From NCBI RefSeq assembly GCF_006345805.1, contig NW_021837032.1:1-64000 (forward strand): DNA of 64,000 bases, written 5' to 3'. The position numbers and the translations under genes are program-made. The notes under the pieces were generated by a model. That model did not search any database. It was not told where the DNA came from and saw nothing but the letters and a program-made list of their open reading frames with translations. This DNA comes from Octopus sinensis. Its lineage: Eukaryota. Position 1 is the first letter of the stretch; each line of letters begins with the position of its first letter. Below are positions 26,501-42,083 of this stretch, in pieces.

Positions 26501-27347
26501 TCTGTGAAATCTTCTGCAATATAGTTGATCGTAGTTAACATAATCACAGGGACAAGTTAAGTGATGTTTCGTTTTCAAACTTGCGTTGTACTTACCTGAG
26601 AGGAGAGAGAGTGGAAAGAGAGAGGGAGGGAGACTGGGAGACTGACAGACAGATAGACAGAGATAGCAAACTGTGATAGACAGGAGAAAGGAAGTGAGTG
26701 AGAGAAAGAGAGAGAGAGAGAGATTACCATCCAATGCGCTAGTGATACACACAACTAATTTCTCCGTCAGAAGACTTTATAAAAACATTACTGGAAGCGA
26801 GGTCGTTAACCGTCGCTACACTGCCTGTAAAAATATTTGTCAATCTTATGCATCCCTTCATAAACTGTTCAAAGTGAAAGGCTTTTTTTTAAAAGTCTCT
26901 GTTGCATTGTCTATACGTTGAAAAACACAGAAACACGCGTGTGCGCTTACAGCCAAAACAAAAATAACTATATATATTATATATATATATACATATAGCC
27001 TTTTTTTAAGTCTGTCCTGTGTTGTGTTGTGTTGACAGATTTGCACTGAAAATTCCCGTGTTTTTAGTCAGAACTTGTTAGTAGAAAAATTACAAGAGCA
27101 TTATTTGAAATTAGTGACTTGCCCTTGTAGATATACATTTATAGATAGATCAACAGACAGATCGACAGACATGATCGATAGATAGGTTGATAGATAGATA
27201 GGTAGATAGATATATAGATCGATAAGGTAGGATAGGATAGGATAGATAAGTAGTTATTCAAGATAGCATCATTCACAAGATGCATTTCAGAAGGGGAAGC
27301 ATAATCGAAATGCAATCGAAAATGGGAATGATTCATTCATCGATTAC

Positions 27348-27535
27348 CTGAAGCCATTTCCGCGGGTGTTTGGTGACGAAGCGAGGCTGCTATACCCACT
27401 GGCGCTATTTCCGGATCCGTTTCGAGAAATTGCGCATGGCGATGATGCCTTTCCGCTAAAACTGTTGCTACGTTCGGGTGGAGAACCGGCTACTATTTGT
27501 TTGTGCGGGGAGTTTTTGCCTGAACTCGCCAGCAT
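27348..27535 (-). CDS. candidate first coding exon (Ser/Gly/Pro-rich, 62 aa) of the DUSP-UBL-BTB gene
   Basis: CpG-rich island in AT-rich DNA; ATG preceded by an in-frame stop; donor CAG|GTAATC at 27347. Its 188 nt leave phase 2, matching the phase-2 acceptor at 16856 (AG+C = Ser, then LASMSCSTVASSP). Confidence 0.6.
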
Positions 27536-27642
27536 TTCCCGTCTGTGGTAGGACGTTGGTGGATGAAATTAATCCCTTTTCGGGGTCCTTTAAAGAGAAT
27601 TTGGGGTTAAAGTATTTTAATGAAAAGCATATTTTTAACATA

Positions 27643-27718
<76 letters not shown>

Positions 27719-27963
27719 CATTATCATTTAAGTATTTATTTACTTACACGAGAATATATTTCTCATTCGTGGAATGAATAAACACTCCTTTTTAGGCCCT
27801 TTAAATGAAGATGAGTTCAAATTATATGTATACATGAATACGTGTATGTGTGTGTTTGTGTGTGAGTGTGTGTGCGTATGTGTGTGTGTAAGTATATATG
27901 TATGTCTATGTATATATATATATGTATATATATACATATATACTTATATATGTATATACAGTC

Positions 27964-27996
<33 letters not shown>

Positions 27997-28033
27997 TATA
28001 TATACATATATAAATATGCATACATTCATATAT

Positions 28034-28065
<32 letters not shown>

Positions 28066-28484
28066 CATATTCATACATATATGTATACATGAATGAATAT
28101 ATGTATGCATACTTAGAAAGAGAGGGATATAGATTAAGTGAAACTATATTAGGAAAACAGGATATGATTGCTAAATTAAGAAGCATAGTCAAGTCAAACA
28201 TCGAATTGCCTAATAGAAAACTAATAGAAAGCAATAACAGTGCAATAACAAACAGAGAACACATGCATAAAAAAAAATTAGTAACTGCTTCGATGTTATA
28301 ACGGAGACGTCTGATGAAAGCAATCTGACAAATGAAACGACGATAACCGTATAAGATGCTTTCTTAAGTGAGTATTAAGAAACCAGACGATAAAAATTAC
28401 GTACAAACTCAAAAGGATATATCCGCTCAAATATGTATACAAACCTCTTCTGAAGCACTGAACAAAAGTAATATAGCTGATTGC

Positions 28485-28675
<191 letters not shown>

Positions 28676-28992
28676 CCATAACTTTACACACAAACGAGTA
28701 TGACATAATGGTATGTATTATACTTGTCGTAATGGTTGCGAACATATGTAATTGCGAGCAAACTTGTAGTTGCGAGCAAACATAGACACTCTTTTGGCTC
28801 TGCCACCCTTGACTCAGTGAAATATTGAGAACGTGACTGTAGGCAAGAGAGGCGGTTGTGGCAATGATCAGCTGGTACTCTTTTTCAGATTGATGCAACG
28901 ATAAACGAGGTTCGCTTTTTAAGAACACAATTAGCTGCCCGGCATAGGAACTGAGGGTGCATTATGTATGTGCATACACCCCCCCAACACAC

Positions 28993-29225
28993 ACACACAT
29001 ACATATATATATAGTGAATCCAAACATGAAAACACAAAGAGAAGACACAACAACGCGAGGACGTGGAACAAGTATAGTGTTATTGGACACTCAGGAAAGG
29101 AAAGAAAGAAGGAGGATTAACGTTTCGAGCAGAGCTCTTCGTCAGAAACATATGAAAAGGAAAGATCCAAGGAAGGGGAGACAGAGGAAAAAATCGCCAA
29201 CGGTACACACGCGGTCACATTTTGA
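28993..29225 (-). mobile_element. short (TA)n-embedded element with canonical-core minimal hammerhead-like motif
   Basis: CTGACGA-A-GAGC-TCT-GCTC-GAAA-CGTT at 29116-29148; related degenerate element at 30115-30300. Confidence 0.55.
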
Positions 29226-29236
29226 ATTTTATATAT

Positions 29237-29310
<74 letters not shown>

Positions 29311-29719
29311 ATATATATACATATATATATATCCTCCCAGTATTGTTTTATAATAAAATTATGACGCGAAATTCTCTCCCTTTGCTTTACCTTCCCCTCT
29401 CTCTCTCACTCCTCCTCACTTTCGTCACTGCTAATCCTTTTGCACGTTGCTTTCAGGCCGTAAGGTCATGTTTCCCTGCGCTCGCCAGTACCTCTTCCGT
29501 CCGAGCCAGAACAAAGGCCTTTCGTTTGTTTTTTTTTATTTCTCGTATTGTATTTTTTCTCGTTTTGTATTTTCTTGTACATGTATTTTTAATTTTGTTT
29601 TTTTATCTTGTATTTTATTGTGCAGCTCTATTGTTACGTCCCGTTTGTGTTACATTTTTTCGTGCTTGTTTTACCCCTCTGCGGGGTTATTTTATTTTAA
29701 TTCTCTCGCAGGAAGGCCT

Positions 29720-29960
29720 AGTATTAACGAGTCGTGTCCTGTCTTGCCTTCGAAACACGCTAAGTCTACTAGTGACAGCTGATGAAGGGGATTTTTCCTT
29801 GTGTAGCATGTCCTGTACCTTGTTTTTCTGTTGTAAAACTTGTTTTTCCCGTTTTCGTTCTCGTCCTGTTCCACGTTTCTGTCTTTCTGTTGTAACAAAA
29901 TGGCTTTTCCGTTTTCGTTTCTGTTGAGTTTTACGTCTTTTTGTGGTGTCCTGTACGTAT
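29720..29960 (+). mobile_element. short (TA)n-associated element, family also at 30995-31160 (+) and 38400-38595 (-)
   Basis: Shared CTGA(T/A)GAAGGGG..TT(G/A)TGT..ATGTC/TTTGTCCTG segment and AT-rich tail. Confidence 0.55.
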
Positions 29961-30048
29961 ATATATTTATATATGCATGTATATATACATGTAGATGTCG
30001 GTACGTACATATATGTTTGTATGTATGCATATATTTTATTTATTACAC

Positions 30049-30105
<57 letters not shown>

Positions 30106-30291
30106 ATATATATAGGGAGAGCAAACAATTAAAGAATAATGAATAAAAAGAAAAAAAAACCAAAATGAGGACGTGAAAAAGAAATATATCAATTTGGCGC
30201 TCGCTGAAAGGAGAGAGTTGATAACGTTTCGAGCTCTTCGTTGGAAAGAGAAAATTCCAAAGACAAAGAAGGAAAAATAATGAAAAATCGC

Positions 30292-30369
<78 letters not shown>

Positions 30370-31232
30370 CGAAACAACCAACAAGAATATCTTCGGTAAT
30401 TTGGTACGATCGTTTCACGCTACATCATTTTATTAAACATTGTAAGTATTACAACAGTTTTAAAATGTTGAGCAATCACCCCATGGATTTATATGAATAG
30501 CACCGTACTAAATTCTGATGCATCTGACTTAAGTACCATATTCCATTTGAATCTAAATTTTACTGAATATATATATATATATAGTTCACAAATGAGATCC
30601 AGAGATTCTCAGTATAGAAGACACTTAGCAGTGCTCAAAAGATTCCAACTTAGACTTACATGGGATCGATTCCACAAGGTAAAGAATGGCTATAAGAGGG
30701 ATCAAGTTGAGCAGATGTAAAGGCAAGTATGCGGTTAAACAAATTAAACACATCAAATATATTAAATATATTAAATACATCAAACACAAAATATGTGCAT
30801 ATATACACATGCAAAACGAGAGAAAGCAAAAGGCGGAAACTTTCAGGTGATGAATTTGTATGTGTTACTACAAAGATATTTATATTAATAAGTCCCTTTC
30901 GTATTACATATATGCATATACACATATTTTGCATTTTATGTATTTAACATATCTAAGATTTTTGATGTGTCTAATTTGTTTATCCGCATAATTGCCAGGG
31001 ACAACTGATGAAGGGGAATATTCTTTATGTTGCATGTCTCGTTTCTCTGGGGTTTTTTTTCGTTGTTTGAAAAACAGTTCGTTTTCTATGTTTTCGTTTT
31101 TTGTTTTCGTTTCTCATTGCGTTAAACGTTTTTTTTTAATGTCCTGTACCCATATATTCATGTATATATACATATATATGTAGGTATGTACATTTATGTA
31201 TGTATATATGCATATATTTATATATTATTTAT

Positions 31233-31299
<67 letters not shown>

Positions 31300-31303
<4 letters not shown>

Positions 31304-31482
31304 AATGATAGATCGTTAGCCACTACACATCTTTTTCTCTCCTTGTCTTTTCTGTGTACCTTTCTGTAGAAGAGCGTAGGCTTGAAACATAAAAGACTTT
31401 TTTCTATTCCTGGGCGTTATACTAATACATCTGTTTGTTTTGTACACCACCTGTCTTCGTCTTTTGTTTTTTTCGTAAACTT

Positions 31483-31490
<8 letters not shown>
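31300..31490 (+). mobile_element. short (TA)n-embedded hammerhead-like element (family of 2989-3175)
   Basis: Reverse-complement match; motif at 31360-31397. Confidence 0.6.
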
Positions 31491-31578
<88 letters not shown>

Positions 31579-31705
31579 ATATAGGTATGTATTTCTCAAA
31601 TAGAAAAAGCGTAACGGGGTCTGGGAACAGAATACTTTAACTACAGGTAGATCATGTCGACCAGCTTCTGCACAGTCACCGTGTGCCCAATGTCCCTGCC
31701 CTGTG

Positions 31706-32098
31706 TTAACCAGTTGACCATGTCCCTTAGTGGCTGATGATATGTGCATCTCTGATCACGAGCAGAAGTTGTGGGAGAGCATCATAGCCATGTGTTGAGA
31801 GGGATTCTTTGGGGTTTGAATAATTTACCTTTTGGAACATCGGTGTTTCGTCCAACATCCTTAAACAACCCTTATTCAAGGACTCTTAGAGGGGGATGGG
31901 TCACTCGACTTGAAAAAAATTCTAACTGAGCCCCCACCTGCAAGATCATGCACTGTTTATTTTGATATAAGAACACCACGTCGCACACATGGTTGTGATG
32001 CATGTGCCTGGTGTACCCTTATCAGACGGGTAGTCATGATGGGTATACTGGGCTTCGTATATTTTACGCCAGGATGGTATGCACTGCTCTCTCACTCA
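31706..32098 (+). mobile_element. 5'-truncated copy of the 540-bp (TAA)n-associated element
   Basis: Aligns with 6075-6460. Confidence 0.8.
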
Positions 32099-32129
32099 AT
32101 AATAATAATAATAAAAATAGTTTTAAACT

Positions 32130-32668
32130 TTGGCACAAGTGCAGAAATTTTTAAGGGAGCGGAATGAGTCGATTACATTTACCCTAGTACTTGACTGGTA
32201 CTTAATTTCTCGACCTCGAAAGGATGAAAGGCAAAGTCGACTTCGGCGAAATTTGAACTCAGAACGTAACAGCAGACGAAATACCTATTTCTTTATTCCC
32301 CACAAGGAGCTAAACACAGAGAGGACAGACAAACGGATTAAGTCGATTATATCGACCCCAGTGCATAACTGGTACTTAATTTATCGACCCCGACTCGGCG
32401 GAATTTGAACTCACAACGTAACGGCAGACGAAATACCTATTTCTTTATTACCCACAAGGGGCTAAATATAGAGGGGATAAACAAGGACAGACATAGGTAT
32501 TAAGTCAATTATATCGACCTCAGTGTGTAACTGGTACTTAATTTATCGACCCCGAAAGGATGAAAGGCAAAGTTGACCTCGGCGGAATTTGAACTCACAA
32601 TGTAACGGCAGACGAAATACCGCTAAGGATTTCACCCGGCGTGCTAACGTTTCTGCCAGCTCGCTGTC
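32130..32668 (-). mobile_element. tandem/chimeric SINE family C cluster
   Basis: Three overlapping partial copies joined at GACGAAATACC. Confidence 0.8.
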
Positions 32669-33264
32669 CTGAATAATAATAATGATAATGATGATGATGA
32701 TGATGATGATGATGATAACAACAGCAACAACAACAACAATGTATTCATTTAATTATTCATTCTTTAATTTAAAATCTAAAGTGCTTCATTATTTATGATT
32801 CAGTAGATAATCAAGATTATTACCCACTTAAGTATTAATCATCCTTTTACTTATCTCTTCATTAATCTATGGACTTTTCAATTCCCACCTACTTCCATTT
32901 ATTCATTTACTTAAGCACTAAACTTTAACTCTTACTTCTACAATGATATATGTTCTTCACACTTCTATTTGGAACACTGTTCTCATGTTATGACCTTGCT
33001 GGGATATCTTATTTCGTTCTTATTCTTGCAACAAAGCCATTAACAATCCTTCAGCCGAATCTACTTCAATCTCTTTGTTGTTGCGCTTCTGGTGTCCCTT
33101 ACTTTGCTTGCCTCCTACGTCTGACCACTGCTGCTACCCTATCAGTTTTTAATTCCGAAGAACCAATTCTCTTCGTCAAATTCGAGGCGAAGATAAAAGA
33201 GCCTAGGTGTGTACAAGATATCGTTTTGTATATATATATATATAATATATATATATATATATAG

Positions 33265-33410
33265 ACAACAAACAGATGTATTAGTATCACTCTCGAGAAG
33301 TTAAAAAGTCTTTAACATTTCGAGCCTACGCTCTTCCACAGAAAGGAACACAGGAAAGAAACAAGGAGAGAAAATAAAGAATGTGTAGTGGCTAGCGATC
33401 TATCATAGAT
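33265..33410 (-). mobile_element. short (TA)n-embedded hammerhead-like element
   Basis: Family of 2989-3175; motif at 33309-33345. Confidence 0.6.
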
Positions 33411-34197
33411 ACACACATACACATATATAAAACATGATTTTAGACTACATAATATTAGCGATAAATCAAGAACGGTGTGTATTTTAAGTAAAAGGAAGAG
33501 GTTTTTCACTTTATAAAAGGGGGAAATGTATCGGGATGATAGCAAATGTTTTCCTAAAAGCATTTCGCCGGCCATGCTAACGATTCTGCCAGCAATACCG
33601 AAAGCCTCGCATGGACGTTAATAAATATTTAAACTTTACCGTGTATCTTGGGTACGTTTCTTTTCACCCTCGTAAACGCAAATGCTCATACGGTGTGCGA
33701 ACCTGCGTGCGTATGTAAAGTCTGTGCCCGCGTGTGTGGATGCACGCAAGTATGCATGTATGCAGTTATGTATGTATGTATGTATGCAGATATGCATGTA
33801 TGTATGCGTGTATGTATGTGTGCATATAGGTAGGTATGACGGTAGGAGTACATCAAATTCTGCAAGTGAGAACTATAGACTTGCCGCCACAAATAGCAGG
33901 AACATTCGCAGACAGTGCCGAAATAAAATCATTTTTGGTCTTTTGTTTGTTTTTTGCTTCTATTTTCGTTTTTATACCAATTATTGACATCAGCAGAGAA
34001 AGAGATGAGATGAGATGAGAAGATGAGAAGAAAAGCAGAGCGGGGAAGGCGAAGAGGTGGAGAAGGAGTGAGAAAGGATGATGGAAGTTGAAGAACGAGG
34101 AAGAATGAAAGTTAGATGTGTGGAAGAGATAGAAAGGGAAGAGCATAAAGAGAGACTAAGAGTGCGTTGGTGGTGGGGGGGGAGAAGCGTAAAGGAT

Positions 34198-35665
<1,468 letters not shown>

Positions 35666-36099
35666 GAGAGGGGTAGAGGGAGAGTGGAAGAAAGAGAGAG
35701 AGACACAGAGAGAGAGAGAGGGAAATGTGGAATCCAATGTTACATGATAAGGAATAAAGTGTTAAGTAGGGAAGAATTCCTGCCGTAAATTTTGAAGATT
35801 TTCCATAAATCCTATGGAAACATTTCAAGTTTGGTTGTCTGGAATTTCGTTATTTCATGTAATTCTTATTGTATTATCTTTGGATGTTTTTCTTTGGATT
35901 TTTTTATCCTTGTTGTTTTGTTGGGTTTTTTTTTTTGCTTTTGTTTGTTCTTTTATTTGTTAGTTTTTTTTTTCCTAATATCTACTTCATACCGTATCGT
36001 ACGTTCGTAGTCGTTGACCGTGTGTGTCTGACGAATTTTGATCGTTTTATCGGCATTCCAGCCGTGACCATCTCGCCTATTCTTTTTTTTTTTTGCCCC

Positions 36100-37260
36100 G
36101 TATATGTATTTCTTTATTGCCCACAAGGGGCTAAACACAGAGAGGACAAACAAGGACAGACAAAGGGATTAAGTCGATTACATCGACCCCAGTGCGTAAC
36201 TGGTACTTATTTAATCGACCCCGAAAGGATGAAAGGCAAAGTCGACCTCGGCGGAATTTGAACTCAGAACGTAGCGGCAGACGAAATACCGCAAAGCATT
36301 TCGCCCGGCGTGCTAACGATTCTGCCAGCTCGCCGCCTTTGTATATTTGCCCCGTATATGGCTGTGTGGTTAAGAGATTCGCTTTGCAACCAACCACGTA
36401 GTTTGGAGTTCGGTCCCACTGCGCGACACCTTGGGTAAGGGTCATCAACTTATAGGACCGAGTTGACCAATGGGTCGTGATCGAATTTGATGGACGGAAG
36501 CTCTGTGGAACCATGACGTATACGTATCTGTATGTGCACCAATGTGTTTGCGCTTGTTCCCTCCCCCACTGCATAATAACCGGTGTTGGCAGGCTTACGA
36601 CCCCCGTAATTTGTAGTTCGGCCCAGAGTAAGTATCACACATGAAAATAAATAATGGAGTAGATTTATTTGACTAAACCCGTTAAGGCGGTGCTACAGCA
36701 TAGCCGTGGTCTAAGGACTGAAACAAGTGAAAGATAAGTTATATATTCAGGGCTAATTTATGCAGTATATTCATCTATTTTAAAGACGTTAGTGGGAAAT
36801 TTGAGGGAGATTTAGCTGCAAATTCTTGCAGGTCTAATGACAGCACGAAGGTCTTTTCATTGATTCATTAATATATTCTCAAAAACAAGGCAGTGAGCTG
36901 GCAGAAACGTTAGCACGCCGGGCGAAATGCTTTGCGGTATTTCGTCTGCTGTTACGTTGTGAGTTGAAGTTCCGCTGAGGTCGACTTTGCCTTTCATCCT
37001 TTCGGGGTCGATAAATTAAGTACCAGTTACGCACTGGGGTCGATGTAATCGATTTAATACCTATGTCTGTCCTTGTTTGTCCCCTCTATGTTTAGCGCCT
37101 TGTGGGTAATAAAGAAATAGGTATTTCGTCTGTCTTTACGTTCTGAGTTCAATTTCCTCCGAGGTCGACTTAACCTTTCGTCCTTTCGGGAACACTGTAT
37201 CTATCTAATTGACTGGCCCCTTCCACCAAATTTCTGGCCTTGCGCCTAGAGTAGAAAAGA
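36100..37260. mobile_element. SINE cluster: family C (-) 36100-36340, diverged family B (+) 36350-36730, family C (+) 36890-37260
   Basis: Matches to window consensus sequences. Confidence 0.75.
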
Positions 37261-37557
37261 ATATATTCTCTAAAATACGTTGAGTTCGTTGGCCAAACTC
37301 ATATACAGTATTATGTATCCACTTAGTGATTCAAATATCACTACTTCGATGAGTACAGTGAAGTTTATATTTTGTTGAGTAACTTTAATAATATCGAAAC
37401 ATGTCTGTCACTGTCTCTCAAACTTGCAGGAAGACAAAATCAAAATAATATCAGCCAGTATATTTAATTATGTGACCATTGTGTGTGTGGATACATACAT
37501 ACATATATATATAATATGAGTTAGATGATATATATATATATATATTCTATATATATA

Positions 37558-37602
<45 letters not shown>

Positions 37603-38220
37603 TTACCCGTTTATGTTTAAAATTTACCAGCAAATGGCGGGGTTTTGCTATGATGTAACCTAAGAATGCATCACCAAAAGGCTGTCGAAACAGCTGTTGG
37701 GAATTTTGAACATCACTTATGTTCTTTAGATAGTTAGATAGATAGACAGATGGATGGATGGATGGATGGATGGATGGATGGATGGATAGAGGGATGGATG
37801 GATGGATGGATGGATGGATGGATGAATAGATTTGTGTGTATAAATATATGAATTAATATATATGTATATGTATCTGAGCATTCATACACACGCACACGTG
37901 CGCATATATGGTACCAATCAAAAGTAAAAAGACTCAACAGGATAAAGTAGAGCATAATAATTTTGGTCGCGCTTTCCTATGTGTCGAGTTGTGTTCATTC
38001 CACCAGTAGTCCAGCCTTGGAGGGAGACTGTTTGTAGCTACCAAATATATTCATTTGAATAGTGCCGTACGTCCAAGACGAATGGTATGGTCATAAAACT
38101 GAAGCTAAGTTAGCGTCCCTCACATTTCCGGCAAGTATGTGTTTGTAACCATTCACACGTATATTTATTTGGGCTTATGTATGTGTGTGTATAAAGCGTA
38201 TGTAGGTATGTAGCTATATG

Positions 38221-38289
<69 letters not shown>

Positions 38290-39612
38290 CAAGAACAATC
38301 TTACTTAGAAAGGGATGCGTGCGTTCCGTCATATAATATATAATAAATAAAACATATGCATATATACATACATATATGTACGTACCTACCTCTACATGTA
38401 CATATACACACATATATGAGTACAGGACACCAAAAAAACGTCGAACACAATGAGAAACGAAAACATAGACACAAACCCAAGTAACTGGACATTTTTCTTA
38501 AACAACAACAAAAATAGAGTACAGGACAAATAACACAAGGAAAAAACCCCTTCTTCAGTCGCCATGGTTTCATCTACTTTACGTTTCGAAGGTTATATAT
38601 ATATATATATGCATGTATGTGTGTACTTACGTCTTAGCATTTGAAATATAAATGGAAATTTGTATGAGTAGGCATACACACGTGCACGCCCACATACGCC
38701 AGTCATAGATTTACAGACGCACACAGACACACATGTATGTGAGTGTATATGTATTTATGTATGTATGTATGTATGGTTTTATGTATGTATGCATGTATGT
38801 ATGTATACGTATATACACACACATACATGTATACATATCAGATGATATTTACAAAGTAGGAGATTATGCACGCATGCCTGGATGTTCTTGTCTACTGTCT
38901 GTGTACAGTCATGCTTGAAGGTGTATATGTATATACAAATATACATACATACATACATACACACACCTCCTCACACACACACCTCCCCACACACACACAT
39001 AGGTACAAACATATATATGCATATATATATATATATATTATATATATATATATAATATATATTAGATATACATACATATATACAGACATATACATGCATA
39101 TATAAAAACTGATAGTGTGTGTATGGTTTACAAGCATACATATGCATATATACATATACATATATACACACGCGCGCAGACATGGGGTGCACTTGCATAC
39201 CTATAGGCGCACGCACATACACACCGCTATTTATTAACTTGGCGTTGCCTTTATATTTTATGGAAGCCAATTTCAAATTTGCTTCTTTACCCTTTTGTTT
39301 TTGTTTTTTTTTTTTTGTTTTATTTGCTTTTTTGGATGGGGGAAGGCGAGGGTGGTCGCTGGCTGTTTCTTGTGTATTTTCGCATATTCGGCCTACTTGG
39401 AGCCAAGTGCCGAGAAGTTTTAAGTCTCTATTTATGTGGTTTCCATTTTCCAACGAAGTTATTTCATTTGTATTTTCGGCACTAAATACTTGATAGCAAG
39501 GAATGTTAGGACACCCTTTGTGCCGCCCTGCATCGAAGAGAAACTCAAGGAGGATCTCTGAGACGCATGTGACTGAACGTGCAACGAATCTTGGCCCACA
39601 CACAGTCTATCA

Positions 39613-39646
<34 letters not shown>

Positions 39647-39668
39647 CCCCCTCTCTCTCTATATATAT

Positions 39669-39727
<59 letters not shown>

Positions 39728-39787
39728 TCTTTCTCTCTATTTTCTCGCGCGCTCTCTCTCTATATATATATACATATATATATACAT

Positions 39788-39836
<49 letters not shown>

Positions 39837-40152
39837 TCTCACTCTCTCTCTCTATATATATATATCTTTCTCTTTTCTCTCTCTCTCTCTCTCTCTCTCC
39901 CCCCCCCCCCCCAGCCAGAGGCTCTAAAAGAACGTCGTAGCATTGGTTAGAGCTTCACATATCGTTAAATAACAAAATGCACTTTATGGTAATTGATCAG
40001 TTACTTAGCATAACTGACTGGGTTATAACAATATATACAGGTATCATATATTAACTTGAACTAATATGCGCCATAGAGTCGAAGCATAGAAGTAATGCAA
40101 CACGAATGTTGTAACAATGCGATTTTTTTTTAATTATTATAAGTATATATTA

Positions 40153-41208
40153 TACGAGGCTAAGATAAAAATTATTACTCTTTACTCTTTACTCTTTTAC
40201 TTGTTTCAGTCATTTGACTGCGGCCATGCTGGAGCACCGCCTTTAGTCGAGGAAATCGACCCCGGGACTTATTCTTTGTAAGCCCAGTACTTATTCTATC
40301 GGTCTCTTTCGCCGAACCGCTAAGTTACGGCGACGTAACCACACCAGCATCGGTTGTCAAGCAATGCTAGGGAGACAAACACAGATACACAAACAGACAC
40401 ACACATACATATATATATACATATATACGACAGGCTTCTTTCAGTTTCCGTCTACCAAATCCACTCACAAGGCTTTGGTCGGCCCGGGGCTATAGCAGAA
40501 GACACTTGCCCAAGGTGCCACACAGTGGGACTGAACCCGGAACCATGTGGTTCGTAAGCAAGCTACTTACCACACAGCCACTCCTGCGCCTATACGTACT
40601 CTTGTTTCTGTAATTTATTACACTAAAAACAACAGATTCGCAGTCGCATCATTTTCAGCATCGGCTCCTTGCTTTTTGATGCACGTCTTCCAGTGGTCTA
40701 CTAGCTTCCTTATTCCATCGGTGAAGAAAGCTTCCAGCTGGAAACGCAGCCATTTTGCACACCGCTTTCTGCGCTTTCTCGTCAGCAGCAAATCGACGAC
40801 TCGTAAAGGATGTTTGAGCGATCCAAAGAGGTGACAGTCGGAAGAGTCGAGATCTGGACTGTAAGCAGAGCATTCCATCAACTTGAAAAACCCAATTTCT
40901 CAATGATTTAAACGGCGGGAGCAGCCGTATGTGGGCGTACATTGTCGTGCAAGCATAGCGCTTGCTTTGACAATAGACATCGGCGTTTGATACTCTTTAC
41001 TCTTTTTACTTGTTTCAGCCATGTGACTGTATCCATGCTGGAGCACCGTCTTTAATCGAGCAACTCGACCCCGGGACTTATTCTTTTGTAAGCCCAGTAC
41101 TCATTCTATCGGTCTCTTTTGCCGAACCGCTAAGTAACGGGGACATAAGCACACCAGCATCGGTTGTCAAGCAATGCTAGGGGGACAAACACAGACACAC
41201 AAACACAC

Positions 41209-41261
<53 letters not shown>

Positions 41262-42007
41262 CGATGGGCTTCTTTCAGTTTCCGTCTACCAAATCCACTC
41301 ACAAGGCTTTGGTCGGCCCGAGGCTATAGTAGAAGACACTTGCCCAAGGTGCCACGCAGTGGGACTGAACCCGGAACCATGTGGTTGGTAAACAAGCTAC
41401 TTACCACACAGCCACTCCTGCGCTGATGCGTATTATTGGTTTCAGTTTTGTTGGCCAGCATTTCACTGCAGCCTACACTGGTGGTTCTATGCTCCTTTTC
41501 AGGTAAAGTTCCAGTATAGACCCTTTTACGTTTTAATAAACAGTTAACACCTCTTTTTCTGCGGAAGGTTGAGTTGTAAGTTTCTTTTTCGTTGGCGATT
41601 CATGATGCTTCCACCCTTTACTCTGCCTTTTGGATTCTGGCTCAAATTTATGAACTCAGATCTCGTCTCCCGTTATTCTTCTCTCCAATAGAGCTTTGCC
41701 TTCACATTCTTGTAGCGGTCGAGCAACCTTTGACAGATCAGACGACTGCCCTTATGCAAATCCTTTGCTCACATAGCACCCTTCTCGCACAAACTATACG
41801 GAAGTAAAACTTGTAGACGATACAGAACCATGACTGGAGTGGCTGTGTGGTAAGTAGCTTGCTAACCAACCACATGGTTCCGGGTTCAGTCCCACTGCGT
41901 GGCATCTTGGGCAAGTGTCTTCTGCTACAGCCTCGGGCCGACCAAAGCCCTGTGAGTGGATTTGGTAGACGGAAATTGAAAGAAGCCTGTCGTATATATA
42001 TATATAT

Positions 42008-42083
<76 letters not shown>

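Noticed and set aside
28735-28785. Three TTGCGA(G)CA repeats about 1.2 kb upstream of exon 1 as C/EBP-like sites
   Set aside because: Imperfect match, and could be a simple short tandem duplication; no independent support
32130-32668. CRISPR-like repeat/spacer pattern in tandem SINE C clusters and minisatellites
   Set aside because: Eukaryotic dispersed SINE fragments; no unique spacers of constant length and no cas genes
39330-39605. Possible second Tx1 RT remnant (INRD..LLGTWLQV) on the minus strand
   Set aside because: Only two short motif echoes with large gaps; not supportable without alignment
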